64,000 bases of DNA from Macrostomum lignano (lineage: Eukaryota). The stretch lies in assembly GCA_002269645.1 (NCBI GenBank), contig NIVC01000874.1, positions 357,667-421,666 on the forward strand. Reading direction: 5' to 3'. Every line of letters begins with the position of its first letter. Positions within the stretch are counted from its first letter, which is position 1. This document shows, piece after piece, positions 1 through 50,905 of this stretch. Under the pieces are notes generated by a model. It saw nothing but the letters and a program-made list of their open reading frames with translations, did not search any database and was not told the origin of the DNA. The translations under genes and the position numbers were made by a program.

Positions 1-233
1 GCTGCTTTTACCCATTGCTCTTCAAGTTGCTAATTTCCCAGTTTACCCTGTTTTCCCATTCAATCCCAAAATTTAATATTTTGCCAAGCCAACTACTCAT
101 TGCACTGGGCCGCAGGGAGTTCCATGCGGGGCTTTTCCCCACTCTGTTCCCGAGCCTCGTTAATGCTGCTTTGCTCAAAGCTCGTGCTAAAAGTTGACGA
201 ACTTCACACGCCGCTTACCCCCCCCCCCCCTAG

Positions 234-36656
<36,423 letters not shown>

Positions 36657-36956
36657 GTCGGCCGCCGCTGATTTCTTCTTTTAGAGGACTTCTGACGACT
36701 TCTGCTGTTAGAAAGGAGAGCTCAACTGCGTGCCTTTCTAGCCCGCCAGATTTTCGCCTTTTGCTTTCTTTGCTACTTTTTGAGTTCGCCCGAACCCGCA
36801 TGCCAGGTGACCCCGTGTGACCTCATCTGACCCCCCCGGACCCTCTTAGTCCTGTTTTACTTTGCCAGGTCAAGGCCTTAACGCGCAAGCGTCGCCCGCT
36901 TCTCCCGTAGCCATGGTAACGGAATTAAAATTGGAAGAGAATCGATTGAATAGCAC

Positions 36957-36962
36957 AATAAA
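36957..36962 (+). terminator. Probable RyR polyadenylation signal
   Basis: AATAAA 300 nt after the stop codon. Confidence 0.6.
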
Positions 36963-37611
36963 GTCAAATATTTGAGCACAATTATGTACTCTCGCGCCCT
37001 CGAACACTATTGGCGAAGTGAGAAGCGGCTGTTTTAGATTGCTAACATAAAGTAGTTCAATTTGAGTTCATAGCCCGTTTGCTGTTGCATATAATTAGCT
37101 TATAATTATAGTAGTATAATGATATTAATAATTTGCCTAACGCACACGTATTATTCGCACCTGTTGACCTCGCATGTCTGCCGTACATTACTTGAGCTAT
37201 TTGTAATTTCTCAGTATTATTAACTCAACTTTGACAGTTCAACTCTGAATTGCATATTCATATAAACAAATATACTCAACATATACTACTGAGGATTAAA
37301 ATCCCCAGCATGCCTGCCCTGTCCCGCACTGGCTGAATACTCGAGTCGAGTCCTCCCGTCTCTATTTCCGAGCAGTTCTCTGCCGAGCAGTGCAATCCCT
37401 TAAAAGTACATTCTGTCTGCTGTCTGGCCTCATAAAACTGTTTATGCCTGCGAGCACTTTCAGCCCAACCAGTTTGAGCCGGTTCTCTTTTAGCTTTCTC
37501 AGACCGGCCCGATGAATTAGTGTTTGGGAGATTCTCAGACAGGGAAAGAGGATCACGCACTGTTAGGGATTAATTATTGAATGCCCTGCAGATACTTTTG
37601 TGTGGGAATAT

Positions 37612-38440
37612 AACCGCAGTGAATGAGGACATAACTGCAGTGAATGAGGATATAAATGCAGTGAATGAGGATACAACCGCAGTGAATGAGGATATAACTG
37701 CAGTGAATTAGGATATAACCGCAGTGAATGAGGATATAACTGCAGTGAATGAGGATTCAACCGCAGTGAATGAGGATACAACCGCAGTGAATGAGGATAC
37801 AACCGCAGTGAATGAGGATACAACCGCAGTGAATGAGGATTCAACCGCAGTGAATGAGGATATAACCGCAGTGAATGAGGATAAAACCGCAGTGAATGAG
37901 GATTCAACCGCAGTGAATGAGGATTCAACCGCAGTGAATGAGGATTCAACCGCAGTGAATGAGGATTCAACCGCAGTAAATGAGGATAAAACCGCAGTGA
38001 ATGAGGATATAACCGCAGTGAATGAGGATTCAACCGCAGTGAATGAGGATTCAACCGCAGTGAATGAGGATTCAACCGCAGTGAATGAGGATTCAACCGC
38101 AGTGAATGAGGATTCAACCGCAGTGAATGAGGATTCAACCGCAGTAAATGAGGATAAAACCGCAGTGAATGAGGATATAACCGCAGTGAATGAGGATTCA
38201 ACCGCAGTGAATGAGGATTCAACCGCAGTGAATGAGGATTCAACCGCAGTGAATGAGGATTCAACCGCAGTGAATGAGGATATAACCGCAGTGAATGAGG
38301 ATATAACCGCAGTGAATGAGGATACAATCGCAGTGAATGAGGATTCAACCGCAGTGAATGAGGATACAATCGCAGTGAATGAGGATTCAACCGCAGTGAA
38401 TGAGGATAAAACCGCAGTGAATGAGGATATAACAGCTGAG
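37612..38440. repeat. Intergenic 21-bp minisatellite
   Basis: ACCGCAGTGAATGAGGATTCA. Confidence 0.95.
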
Positions 38441-39043
38441 CGTGAGGATATACCAATGCGATTCAGCTGACCCAGAAATAAAGAACACAAGGCTGACAAT
38501 CACAGTGATATTTATAAGCGATCGAAGACGGTAATTATTAGTAAACTTGCGCTCGGCAAGCGTCAGTTATTGGAAGCTGTTATAAATTTGAATGGATATT
38601 AATAAGTTAAACGATAAATTAATTGCATTGCGCTGTTTAAAGTTCACGCACAGCTTTACCGAGATTAGCGGCAAAAGAGCAGCGACTAAATTAATAATTA
38701 ATTAACTACAATAATTAATTAGCAAAGCAATGCGGTAATAAAATTTCAGCTAAATATTAATAATAGAGTGAAAATGCAGTTATTTAAAAACGAAAATAAA
38801 AATTGCAACTTAGAAAAGCAGAGTCGGATATTCGAATACGGAGTCGGGTAAATTAAAAGCAAAATTTCAGCCGAGAATTACTATTACTAATAAACTGGAT
38901 ATCTGGTCAATCGAGTAAGCTGTGACTCAGTTGCGAAGCTGGAGATTAAAATTGAGGAGCTCTTGGTAAGCTGCAATGATGAAGCATTCTGGTCAGTTCA
39001 GTTCGCACTCCGCATAACTAATGAGATGCTAATTAGGCGTCTC

Positions 39044-41424
<2,381 letters not shown>

Positions 41425-41541
41425 GATTCGGCAGTGTCTGTAGCTGGTTTAGCTTGAAAGCTGGAATAATAAAACACGATAGGTTATTAATAAGCGCTAT
41501 CTTATGTAGGCGAAAGCAGACTAAGCCAAATAAGTGGGTTA

Positions 41542-41548
41542 TTATATA
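41542..41548 (-). promoter_or_regulatory. Probable TATA box of beta-tubulin
   Basis: TATATAA on the minus strand ~120 nt upstream of the ATG; a CCAAT motif lies further upstream. Confidence 0.5.
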
Positions 41549-41989
41549 CATCCCACTGACGGCCGGGTGAGTCACGCCGAGTGGAATGCCGTCAGTCCCA
41601 TAGACTGGCAGCTGCAGCAGCCAATAAAGACGCGCCGCGTGGGCAGCGAGGGCCACTCGATAGAGAAATATTCCCCGGCCTAAGGGAAGATGCGCGCAGT
41701 GACCGCCCCCGGGTTTACAAGGAAAAGAGAGGGGAGTCAGATAAGCCCGAAAGCAGCAAAAGCTGCCGTAGCAGCAGATGGAGAGGCGGTTCGATCGATC
41801 GATGGCGGGAAAGTGGCGCGGGAGAGACGGGAGGGAGGAGGCGGGTGGCGGTAGACGGGAGTAGTGGGGGATGGGGAGGGGCAACCAGACGGCCATGGAT
41901 AGAATACGAATACATAATGTCCCATATACTAGCTGTGATCTCGTGCGAAACCTGTGCGGTTGTAAGACAGGAGGAATAGTGGGGTGAGA

Positions 41990-42502
41990 CTGAGAATACC
42001 GGGTATGAGACACTGGGAATACCGGGTATGAGACACTAGGAATACCGGGTATGAGACACTGGGAATACCGGGTCTGAGACACTGGGAATACCGGGTATGA
42101 GACACTGGGAATACCGGGTCTGAGACACTGGGAATACCGGGTCTGAGACACTGGGAATACCGGGTATGAGACACTGGGAATACCGGGTCTGAGACACTGG
42201 AAATACCGGGTCTGAGACACTGGGAATACCGGGTCTGAGACACTGGGAATACCGGGTATGAGACACTGGGAATACCGGGTATGAGACACTGGGAATACCG
42301 AGTGTGAGACAGTGGGAATACCGGGTATGACATTGGAAATACCGGGTATGAGACACTGGAAATACCGGGTATGAGACACAGGAAATACCGGGTATGAGAC
42401 ACAGGAAATACCGGGTATGAGACACTGGAAATACCGGGTATGAGACACTGGGTATACCGGGTGTGAGACACTGGGATTATCGGGTATGAGACACTGGGAA
42501 TA
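41990..42502. repeat. 23-bp minisatellite between NDK and tubulin
   Basis: GGGAATACCGGGTATGAGACACT. Confidence 0.95.
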
Positions 42503-42994
42503 CAAGATAGTCGCAGAGACCTACTTTGAGTTACTTATTGTTAAGAAATAAATTTGCCTAGCTTGCTTAAAACACTACTGCCAGTAGCCTTACGGGAAAA
42601 AAGCAAAATTGAAAACAAGTGCAAAGAAGCAGTTGACCAACAAGCTGGAGACAAGCAAGCAACTTAAGCGCTTTTCATTCGTGTATTGCAAGAAGAACAG
42701 GCGGTCAATTCTGCCGGGGCAATCGGCAGGGCCAACTTAACAAACTAAAGCAACTGGTCTCTGCATTGTTAACACTGCAATTAGGGTGCTCATAATCTAA
42801 CGCATCAAGGGCAAAAGCTGGTGCCAAAGCTTCATAGAGAACAGAGAAGAGGAACCAGAACAGACTAAGAAAAGCTACAAACCCAGATAATATAGAGAAG
42901 GAAAAGAGAGCTAAGTTACTGAGGAGTTGGGCTATAGCATTAACAGACAGAGTCAGTCGCATCAGACAGCTGGGCAGGTCATGGAGCTCCAGAT

Positions 42995-43444
42995 CTACTC
43001 GTAGATCCAGCCGTGGTTGGCCAGCTTGTAGTCCACCAGCTCCTCCGGCTTGAACCACAGGGCGATCTCCTTCTGGGCGGAGGCCACCGCGTCCGAGCCG
43101 TGCACGATGTTGCGGCCAGTCACGATGCAGTAGTCGCCGCGGATGGTGCCGGGCAGGCTGTCAATCGGCTTGGTGGCGCCCAGCATCATGCGGCCGATCT
43201 TGACCACCTCCTCGCCCTCCCAGACCATGCAGACCACCGGGCCGGACAGCATGTAGTCGATAAGGCCGGGGAAGAACGGCTTGGCCTTGAGATCGCCATA
43301 GTGCTCCTCAAGCAGCGGCCGGCCGGGCTGCATCATCTTCATGGCAACTAGGCGGAAGCCGCGCTGCTCGAATCGCTTGATGATTTTGCCAACAAGGCCG
43401 CGCTGGACACCGTCCGGCTTGATCATGATGTAGGTGCGCTCCAT
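42995..43444 (-). CDS. NDK: Nucleoside-diphosphate kinase (149 aa, intronless CDS)
   Basis: [19 protein letters not shown]...GTIRGD...RNIVHGSDA (catalytic His)...WIYE*; Kozak context GCCATGG. Confidence 0.97.
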   Translation of the reverse strand: MERTYIMIKPDGVQRGLVGKIIKRFEQRGFRLVAMKMMQPGRPLLEEHYGDLKAKPFFPGLIDYMLSGPVVCMVWEGEEVVKIGRMMLGATKPIDSLPGTIRGDYCIVTGRNIVHGSDAVASAQKEIALWFKPEELVDYKLANHGWIYE

Positions 43445-45484
43445 GGCTGCTGGCTGGCTGCTTGGCTGCGGGTTGCATTTCATAAGCAGGCATTCATGCT
43501 TATGTACTCCTGAGCAGGGTGTACAGCGGCTTCTGTCACCAAACTGACTGCATGGCTGGCCCAGCAATTAAAGGGGCAGCGGGGTGGGGGTGACAGGTGC
43601 AGCGAACTAGCTGATTGAGGGAGAGGAACTCAGCGCTCAGGTGAGCAATTAGTAAAGCAGAACCAAATGCTCACACCGATGATAGAGGGTTGGATAATTA
43701 GAGGCAATGGGCAACTGCAATGCTTGCTAACTTACCCTGTTTTGGGCATAGCTCGTAATAGTAATAAAAAAGCCTAAAACTTATGGCTATAGCTAGGGGA
43801 TGCTATAACAACTATAGAAGTTGTTACTTAGCAACTTGCAAATTAAAACAAAATTAGTTTAAGTGCATCAATATAGATGCTTACATAAGCTATTATAACT
43901 GATACAAAATTGGCTGGCATTTGGGCTCTGCTAAATGTGCAAGCACATGCAACTTGAACCTATACCACTTTGCAGAACTGCTAAGGTGTGGCAGCATGAC
44001 TAGTACCTGCATACAGCTTAGTAGGCCTACTCTTAGCAAGGCTTTAGCAATGCAACTCCTCAATGCCTAGATAGCAATAGTAGGTAGCAATATCAATCAA
44101 TATAAGGTTTTCAAAGCTTTATATGGCTAATGACTTTCACACCATGTTTAGTTGCATTTTTTATTTTATTATTTTCTCTTTTTTGGCTATTAGTATGGGC
44201 TAAATTCACTTTGAATAAGGACTTTAGTTAGATTTAGAATTTTTTAAATTCATTTTTCTTTATAAAAAATATATAGGCTATTATTATAATCATAAAAAGT
44301 CCCAAGAGGGTAGTGGCCTCCCTGATTGACATGACCTCGTCTGTGGCCTTGCAAACCCAGTTAGCTCTTATCTATGCCTACCATGGAATGTCAATGGTCC
44401 ATATGACGAGACTATGTGGCCAACCTAGTCCAGTTGCCTTTCTGTGTCATGGCCATTGCTCAGGAGGCAATAGAGTTTGAGAAGGCATTCACAGACGTCA
44501 CTTGAGATGTGGCACCCAAGGTGATCCTATACCTCTACATTTTGCAAGATGACCTACCTTGTCTATACTAGAGCATCTTCCTGAACCTCACAGCTGTAGT
44601 TTAGGCAGTTGCCATCAAATGAGGCCAGCTGAATCTCAACTTTGCCTCCAAATGATATGCAGCTGAAAAGAGTCCTGCTCAATACATCATTAGGCTATCA
44701 TAATTTTAGAGCTACCTGGTCATATAAGCCAATTGATGTTCAACAGAAATAAAAGCTATTGAGGCATATTGCAGCTTTGTAATAGACAATAATCTATATA
44801 AATCCTACACTTGGGAAATACAAAGCAAAGACAAATCTCAGTACAAGAAATTTGTTGAAGCCAAGTTTAACTTAGGCCTATCTAAGCTAAGCATATACCT
44901 TTAATACCCTGATTGCAACCTCCTATTTTGCCATTAGCCGAAGAGTAACATAGTATTAAGACCTTGGTTTTTTATATAAATTGGTACAAAAAGCATCTAA
45001 GAATTCAAAATTGCACCCTAAAATATGAGCCACAATATGATTTCAGACCCTAAAATTTGATTTTGATCCAGATGCATGCAATTTAGATTTCAATAAATTA
45101 AACTAATTTCCAATGATGTTAAATTATTAAAGCAAAGTGAGTTATATCTCATGAGCTACAATAAAACAAAATGTATTAATATAGTTGTTATATTATAAAT
45201 CATTACTTTGCTTCTTAAATTTAACTTTCGAGTTTGTAAGAAACTGAAAAATGATAGCTTAGCATAACAAAAATTTTTGTTTTTAGTTATATAACTTGTA
45301 GTAGTGCCACACCTTGCTTTTAAAATTTGCACCTTAAAATTAGACCTTAGATGCAAAATTGCATTTAATATCTAGCTAGACAAAAAACCCAGATTGAGGC
45401 TGTTTTGCAAGACAAAGTCTCTATATACTAGGGTAGAAATAGATCAAGTTCTATCTGTGCTCACCATCATTGTAAGTTATAATT

Positions 45485-45596
45485 GGCTATCCTGTAGTTT
45501 TGCACATTAAATTATTTTACGGAATTATTTCGCCCTCTATTCAAGGGTGGTGGGGGGTGGGGGTAATAATTTAACGTGCAAAACTACAGGATAGCC
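45485..45596. mobile_element. 112-bp MITE-like foldback
   Basis: 32-bp terminal inverted repeat GGCTATCCTGTAGTTTTGCAC(A/G)TTAAATTATT with one mismatch; no clean TSD. Confidence 0.6.
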
Positions 45597-47902
45597 TTAT
45601 AATCATATAGAAGCAGCCACAATTCCCTACAAAGTATATTAACCAATGAATTAATCAGCTAAGAATGCCAATGTGACTTATAATTTGAAGAGAAAATATA
45701 GGTTACAACCATCTAAAAGCCTTAGTTACAGCCTTACAGGCAAAGGATCAAAGCTAGCAATGCAATGCTATACTACCAAGGAAGTCTTGGTACTTGATAT
45801 ATTCATTCAAGCATATGATGCAATAAGCCAATAAGTCATTAACATATAATAAAAAGCCATATATCGAATTATGTGGCATAAAGTTAGGCCTATGACATTA
45901 AGATACTAATTAGCCGACGCTTATAAGTTATACACCCATTGGCATTATTGACACGGTGCCAAACTTGAATGGCATAGTCACTTCTAAGCTTTTCAATACA
46001 CATCTGCTTGATGCAGAGCACAACTACACATTTCCTAGCTATTTAATTAGGCTACTGTAAAACTTTTTGACTTAACCTTTGTAACTCTTCAGTTTTCACA
46101 AAACTTCCAGGTCACAACAGGCAGCAGTTTGAACACTGCCGAGGGCACGCAAAGAAGTGTCGGGCGGGGCCCGCGAAGACGAGAGCGTCCTTTTTGAAAA
46201 GCGCGTTAAAACGTAGGATAAAAACAAACTCACTTGAGACATGTTCTTTTGCGTCGTTAGTGAGCTCATAACTTACTTTGGATTATCTTTAAATTTTTAA
46301 CTATTAATATAGATTTTCACAATAAAAAGAAAACGTTGAATAATCATATTCCGAATGGTTTTTTTCAGTTTATTAACGTATAGAGCTTGACAATAGTTGC
46401 GCTGCTTCTCGAATTTCTTGCGTCTTCAAGTCTTCAAAGGCATGTTTTTCGAAAAAATTTTGTGATGAGTCTGAATGCCCATACATAGTCACAGAAGATT
46501 TACATGAACATGATCAATGAAGATCATATGTAAAACAAGTCCAACGGATCTGTTTGAAAATATGCATTATTTTCGCTCATGTTTTGATTTTCATTTTTTT
46601 GCGTCTGCAGGTCAGCTTATTAAAACTTTGGCTCGGAAAAAGGAAATTGCAAGACACAAATTTTCAGTTTTTAGAATGCAACAATAGAAGAGCAGAAACC
46701 TCAACCGTTAAAACGAAGCGTCGTGTAAATTTTCTTAGAAATATAATTGTAATTCCCAAACTGGCTGTGTGATAACAGTTGTTAAAAAGATAAAAGGAGA
46801 ACAATGAACTCAGAAAACCACGGAGAAAAGTGTCGACAGGAAAGGGGACATTTCGCTGGGGATATTGAGAAAAGGCCGGCTGACACATCGACATACGTCG
46901 AAAAAATTAAAGAGCTCTACTGCCTTACTGATTTATTTTGGGACGAACACACACAAAAGGCACTGAGGGCTTGAAGCCACCGCTTTCTGCTGCTGACGAT
47001 GTCGGATTCTGCACCAAGGATGGAAGAACTGCTGACCAATCAGTCTTGAGGGGAAGTTACTCTGGCGAGTGCGCACTCTAGACTGCACTGGACCAATGAG
47101 CACTGACATTGGATGGCACCTTCCTGTTTAGCACTAAATCAGTAAAAATATTGATTTTATCATTATTATAATAGTGTCCCTGGCGATACATACTACTAAC
47201 AAATCGGCATTTGGTGAGTAGTATATACATAAGCCGCGCAAGGCAGATATGAGATAAAATTACAGAATGCCGCTCAATAAGCGCAAGTTGAACCGGAGCA
47301 AAAATATCTCAGCGCCAAAGGCCAATTGTGCTGTCAAGTCCGCCAAGCAGATTATTATATAATATTATCATTATTAATCAGTATTAGTGACGTGAGATTA
47401 AAGCTTACTGTATGTAAGAAATGTACGCTACGAATCTAGCAAAACAGTCGGCTTGGGCAGTCTGGAGGAGGGCGGCTATTAACTGCAAATTAATAAATAA
47501 TTAATCAGAACCGTAGGGCCAGGGGCGGACGCAGTAGCAAGCTTTGCTTATTGAGATGATGTAGAAAAGCGCTGAAGTCTGAGTAAGAAAAAAGCAGACA
47601 GAGGCAGAGCAGGGGAGGGGGCAGCAAACACAGGCGGGTGTCTAAGCGCCATGGGGGGGGGCATCGCGGCAGTCGAGTCCGAGTAAAAGCGGAACCATCC
47701 GAGCGGCGGGGGATCAACCAGTTTGCAGGAAAATTCCATAAACAATCCTCCAGTTAAAAAACCTGTGATAGCGTTTTACTAGCTCGATTCTGTGAAACCA
47801 GACCGTGTGGCAAGACTGGAATTTGCCTCCAACCGAGCCCCACTAGAGGACTCCTAGTTGTCATTCATTATCAGTCACAATCAAGAGTGAGGGCAGGCGC
47901 CG

Positions 47903-50386
47903 CTACTTTCTGTAGACGAACCGGTAGGGCGGGGCTGCCTCGGCACGGCGCAGCTGGCAGCGGTGGCAGTCGGGCTGCAGCTTGGCGAACAGCTCAGCTT
48001 GGCACCTGGCCAGCTCGTTCACCTGGCAGACCCGGCCGTCCTGGCAGGCCAGGAAGACCCGGCGAAGGCCCAGCAGGCGCGACTCCGCCCACAGGTCGCC
48101 GTCCTGGGCCGGGTGGCGGACGCGGCAGGCGGAGCAGTAGCGGGCGGCCTGCGGGCTGAGGTCGGTGGGCAGCCACAGGTGCCGGCCGGAGCACCTGGCG
48201 CAGGGCAGGCGGTGCACCGCCAGCTGCAGGTCGGCCGCCAGCTGCGCCATGTCGGCGTGGCCACCGGCCGCCCCGCTGTCGAATTCGCGCCTGTTGGCGT
48301 GGCCGTCCAGCAGGGCGAAGGCGCGCTGCAGCAGCTGGGCGGCCTCGTGCACCCCCGGTGAGGTGGCCGCTGGCGCGGCTTGCAGCAGGCGGAGCTGGTG
48401 CCGGTAGTGCTGCACAATCTCCCGTTGCTCGGCGTCCCGCCTGACGCCCAGCACGCTGTAGGCGTCGCGGTGGTCCTGGCAGGCCAGCAGGCGGCGCACC
48501 GTGTCCTCGGCGGTCAGCGGCAGCTCCACGTTTGCCTGCAGGCCGGCCGGCAGCCAAGCTGGGCGGCGGCGCCGGCGACGCTGCTGACGGTGTTGGCGGC
48601 ACCAGGCCAAGCAGGACAGCGCCAGGCCAACGGCGGCCGCGGCCAGGGAGCGGACGCAGCACAGCAGCAGCTGGAAGAAGGCCACCAGCAGCAGCGAGGC
48701 GCCTTCAACCAGGCCGCTGCCGCCTCCGCCGCTACCCGAGGCGCTGGAGCCGCCTGAAGCTCCACCGGACCGTCCTGTGGAGGCGGAAGAGGCGCCGCCT
48801 GCAGTCTGCCGACGCCGGGCCGCTGAAGCCGCCGCGCCGGACTTGCCGGATGCGCTGCTGGGCCTGCCGGCCAGAGCCTGGCGACTGCCGCCGACGCCGC
48901 TGCCGCTCCCGGCGCTGTCGTCCAGGCTGCTGCTGTCGCAGGAGCCCCGGCGCAGATTGTTGATGAAGCCGGCGGTGGCCGGGGCGGAGCCGCCGCCGCA
49001 GTGGCCGGGCGGCAACGGCTTGGCGTTGTTGAGCAGCTGCTGCTGGCGCCGGTCCTCGCTGCTGCCGCTGAGCGGCTGGGCCGGCAGCGGCGATGGCTGA
49101 GACAAGTCGATGGAAGCGGATCGCTGCTGCGCGCCATCGGCCAGCTTCTGCTGCTGTTGCTGCTGTTGATTGGAACCAGGAGGCTGGACTGCATGATGAT
49201 GCTGAGACTTTGTGGCCTGCGGCGCGGGATGGCTAGTGGGCCGGCCAGCAGATGTCTGGCGATTGCCGCGCCGCCCGGTGACGGAGGTTGAGTTGGTCGA
49301 GTCGCTGGAGCTCGGAGCCGCTGGCGTTGCCGCGGTCCCAGACGGCTGAGCGGCCGCAGTCCCAGAATTTACGCCTGCAGGGTGGCCGGCATTTCGAACC
49401 GCGGCAGGTCCAGCTGCAGCGGACGCCTCTCGCTTGCCAGGTGCTGCTGGGGCAGCGGCGGCTTGAGCCCTGACTGGGCTGTCGCCTGCCGCCGCCCGCT
49501 GATGACTCGGCGACGAGGCAGCCTGCGATCCGGCTGCAGAGCCCGCAGAGCTCGAAGCAGCCGCAGTGGCGGCGGCGGCTGCAGCGGCAGCGGCGGCGGC
49601 CTTCTGCTTCTTGATGATGTCCGAGTAGGTCGGCTTCCGGCTGCTGTCCGGCCCGACAGGTGTCGGCGCTGATGGAGCCGGCGGCGGCGGCGGAGGTGGC
49701 GGCATCTCTTCGGCCGGCGCGGAGTTCGCAGCGCCGGCAGTCGCGGAGTGACCGCAATTGGCAGCAGCAGAAACTGGTGCCGACGCCGCGGAGACGCCCG
49801 CGACGCTGGCAGCCACCCCGGCGTTTGCCACAGCTGCCGGCGGTGTCGCCTGCCGGTTCTGCCGTCGGCGCGGCTGTCGCACTGGTGCAGCGGTGGCGCC
49901 AACGCTGCTGGAGGAGGCTGGGCGCTGATGCGGCTGGTGCCTGGCTGCGTTGGGCGGCGGCTGCGGCATCAGCGGAGGAATCTGAGACAGGCGCAGCGCA
50001 CGCGTGGCCGCTGAACTGGTCGACGTTGTCCGCTCCCGACGATCCGGATGGCCGCCGGTTTCGAGAGGCCTGGGGCCGGGCGGCATCAGCGGCTGGTGGT
50101 GCGCAGGCAGCTGCACTGGCTGCTGTTGCTGCTGCTGTTGCTGCAGAGGTGGAGGCGGCAGCAGCGGCGGCGGCATGGTGGGCGGCAGCTCAGCCGTGGC
50201 ATTGTTGATGTCGCTGAGCAGCTCTGCTGGCAGTCGCATCTCCAGGTCCTCCTCCTTGCTGCTGTCCGGCCATTGCTGGTCCGGCGGCTCCTGGGCCCAC
50301 AGAGACTCCGAGGAGCCTAGCAGCCAGTCCGCCCACCTGGAGTACACCTCTTTGGGCAGCGGGTCATCCTGGTTAGAGGAGCCCAT
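47903..50386 (-). CDS. DNAJC14: DNAJC14/Jiv-like protein: low-complexity N-terminus, TM segment, degenerate J-domain, Jiv90 Cys-rich domain
   Basis: CARCSGRH...ARYCSACRVRHPAQDGDLWAES matches the Jiv90 pattern; DAYSVLGV...RREFD is J-like. The start at MGSSNQ (50386) is assumed. Confidence 0.8.
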   Translation of the reverse strand: MGSSNQDDPLPKEVYSRWADWLLGSSESLWAQEPPDQQWPDSSKEEDLEMRLPAELLSDINNATAELPPTMPPPLLPPPPLQQQQQQQQPVQLPAHHQPLMPPGPRPLETGGHPDRRERTTSTSSAATRALRLSQIPPLMPQPPPNAARHQPHQRPASSSSVGATAAPVRQPRRRQNRQATPPAAVANAGVAASVAGVSAASAPVSAAANCGHSATAGAANSAPAEEMPPPPPPPPAPSAPTPVGPDSSRKPTYSDIIKKQKAAAAAAAAAAATAAASSSAGSAAGSQAASSPSHQRAAAGDSPVRAQAAAAPAAPGKREASAAAGPAAVRNAGHPAGVNSGTAAAQPSGTAATPAAPSSSDSTNSTSVTGRRGNRQTSAGRPTSHPAPQATKSQHHHAVQPPGSNQQQQQQQKLADGAQQRSASIDLSQPSPLPAQPLSGSSEDRRQQQLLNNAKPLPPGHCGGGSAPATAGFINNLRRGSCDSSSLDDSAGSGSGVGGSRQALAGRPSSASGKSGAAASAARRRQTAGGASSASTGRSGGASGGSSASGSGGGGSGLVEGASLLLVAFFQLLLCCVRSLAAAAVGLALSCLAWCRQHRQQRRRRRRPAWLPAGLQANVELPLTAEDTVRRLLACQDHRDAYSVLGVRRDAEQREIVQHYRHQLRLLQAAPAATSPGVHEAAQLLQRAFALLDGHANRREFDSGAAGGHADMAQLAADLQLAVHRLPCARCSGRHLWLPTDLSPQAARYCSACRVRHPAQDGDLWAESRLLGLRRVFLACQDGRVCQVNELARCQAELFAKLQPDCHRCQLRRAEAAPPYRFVYRK

Positions 50387-50597
50387 GTCCGGCTGCTGCG
50401 GCGGCTGGCGCGCGCGACTCGTCTTGAATGCAGGTTGGCCGCCTTGACTGGCTGGTGCATGGGGTTTGATGGCGCCGATATGTATCGAAATAAATAGAGG
50501 CCAATGGCAATGCTCGTATTTGTACTGTGGTTTGTAACAGACTAAAATATAATTAAGCAAATCAATACCAAATCAAGCAAAATTTTAGAATAGTGCA

Positions 50598-50905
50598 TTG
50601 TGCCAGCATGACTCATCACTACAGCTGATGACTAGATGAATCAGTGCCAGCATGACTCATCACTATAGCTGATGACTAGATGAATCAGTGCCGGCATGAC
50701 TCATCACTACAGCTGATGACTAGATGAATCAGTGCCGGTATGACTATCACTACAGCTGATGACTAGATGAATCAGTGCCGGCATGACTCATCACTACAGC
50801 TGATGACTAGATGAATCAGTGCCAGCATGACTCATCACTACAGCTGATGACTAGATGAATCAATGCCGGCATGACTTATCACTACAGCTGATGACTAGAT
50901 GAATC
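50598..50905. repeat. 44-bp minisatellite upstream of DNAJC14
   Basis: CAGTGCCAGCATGACTCATCACTACAGCTGATGACTAGATGAAT x~7. Confidence 0.93.

Noticed and set aside
37563-38499. NEDSTAV-repeat ORF and its antisense ORFs
   Set aside because: 21-bp tandem unit open in several frames on both strands, with no unique coding flanks.
44330-44700. Possible decayed retroelement coding remnant
   Set aside because: No recognisable RT or endonuclease motif could be read.
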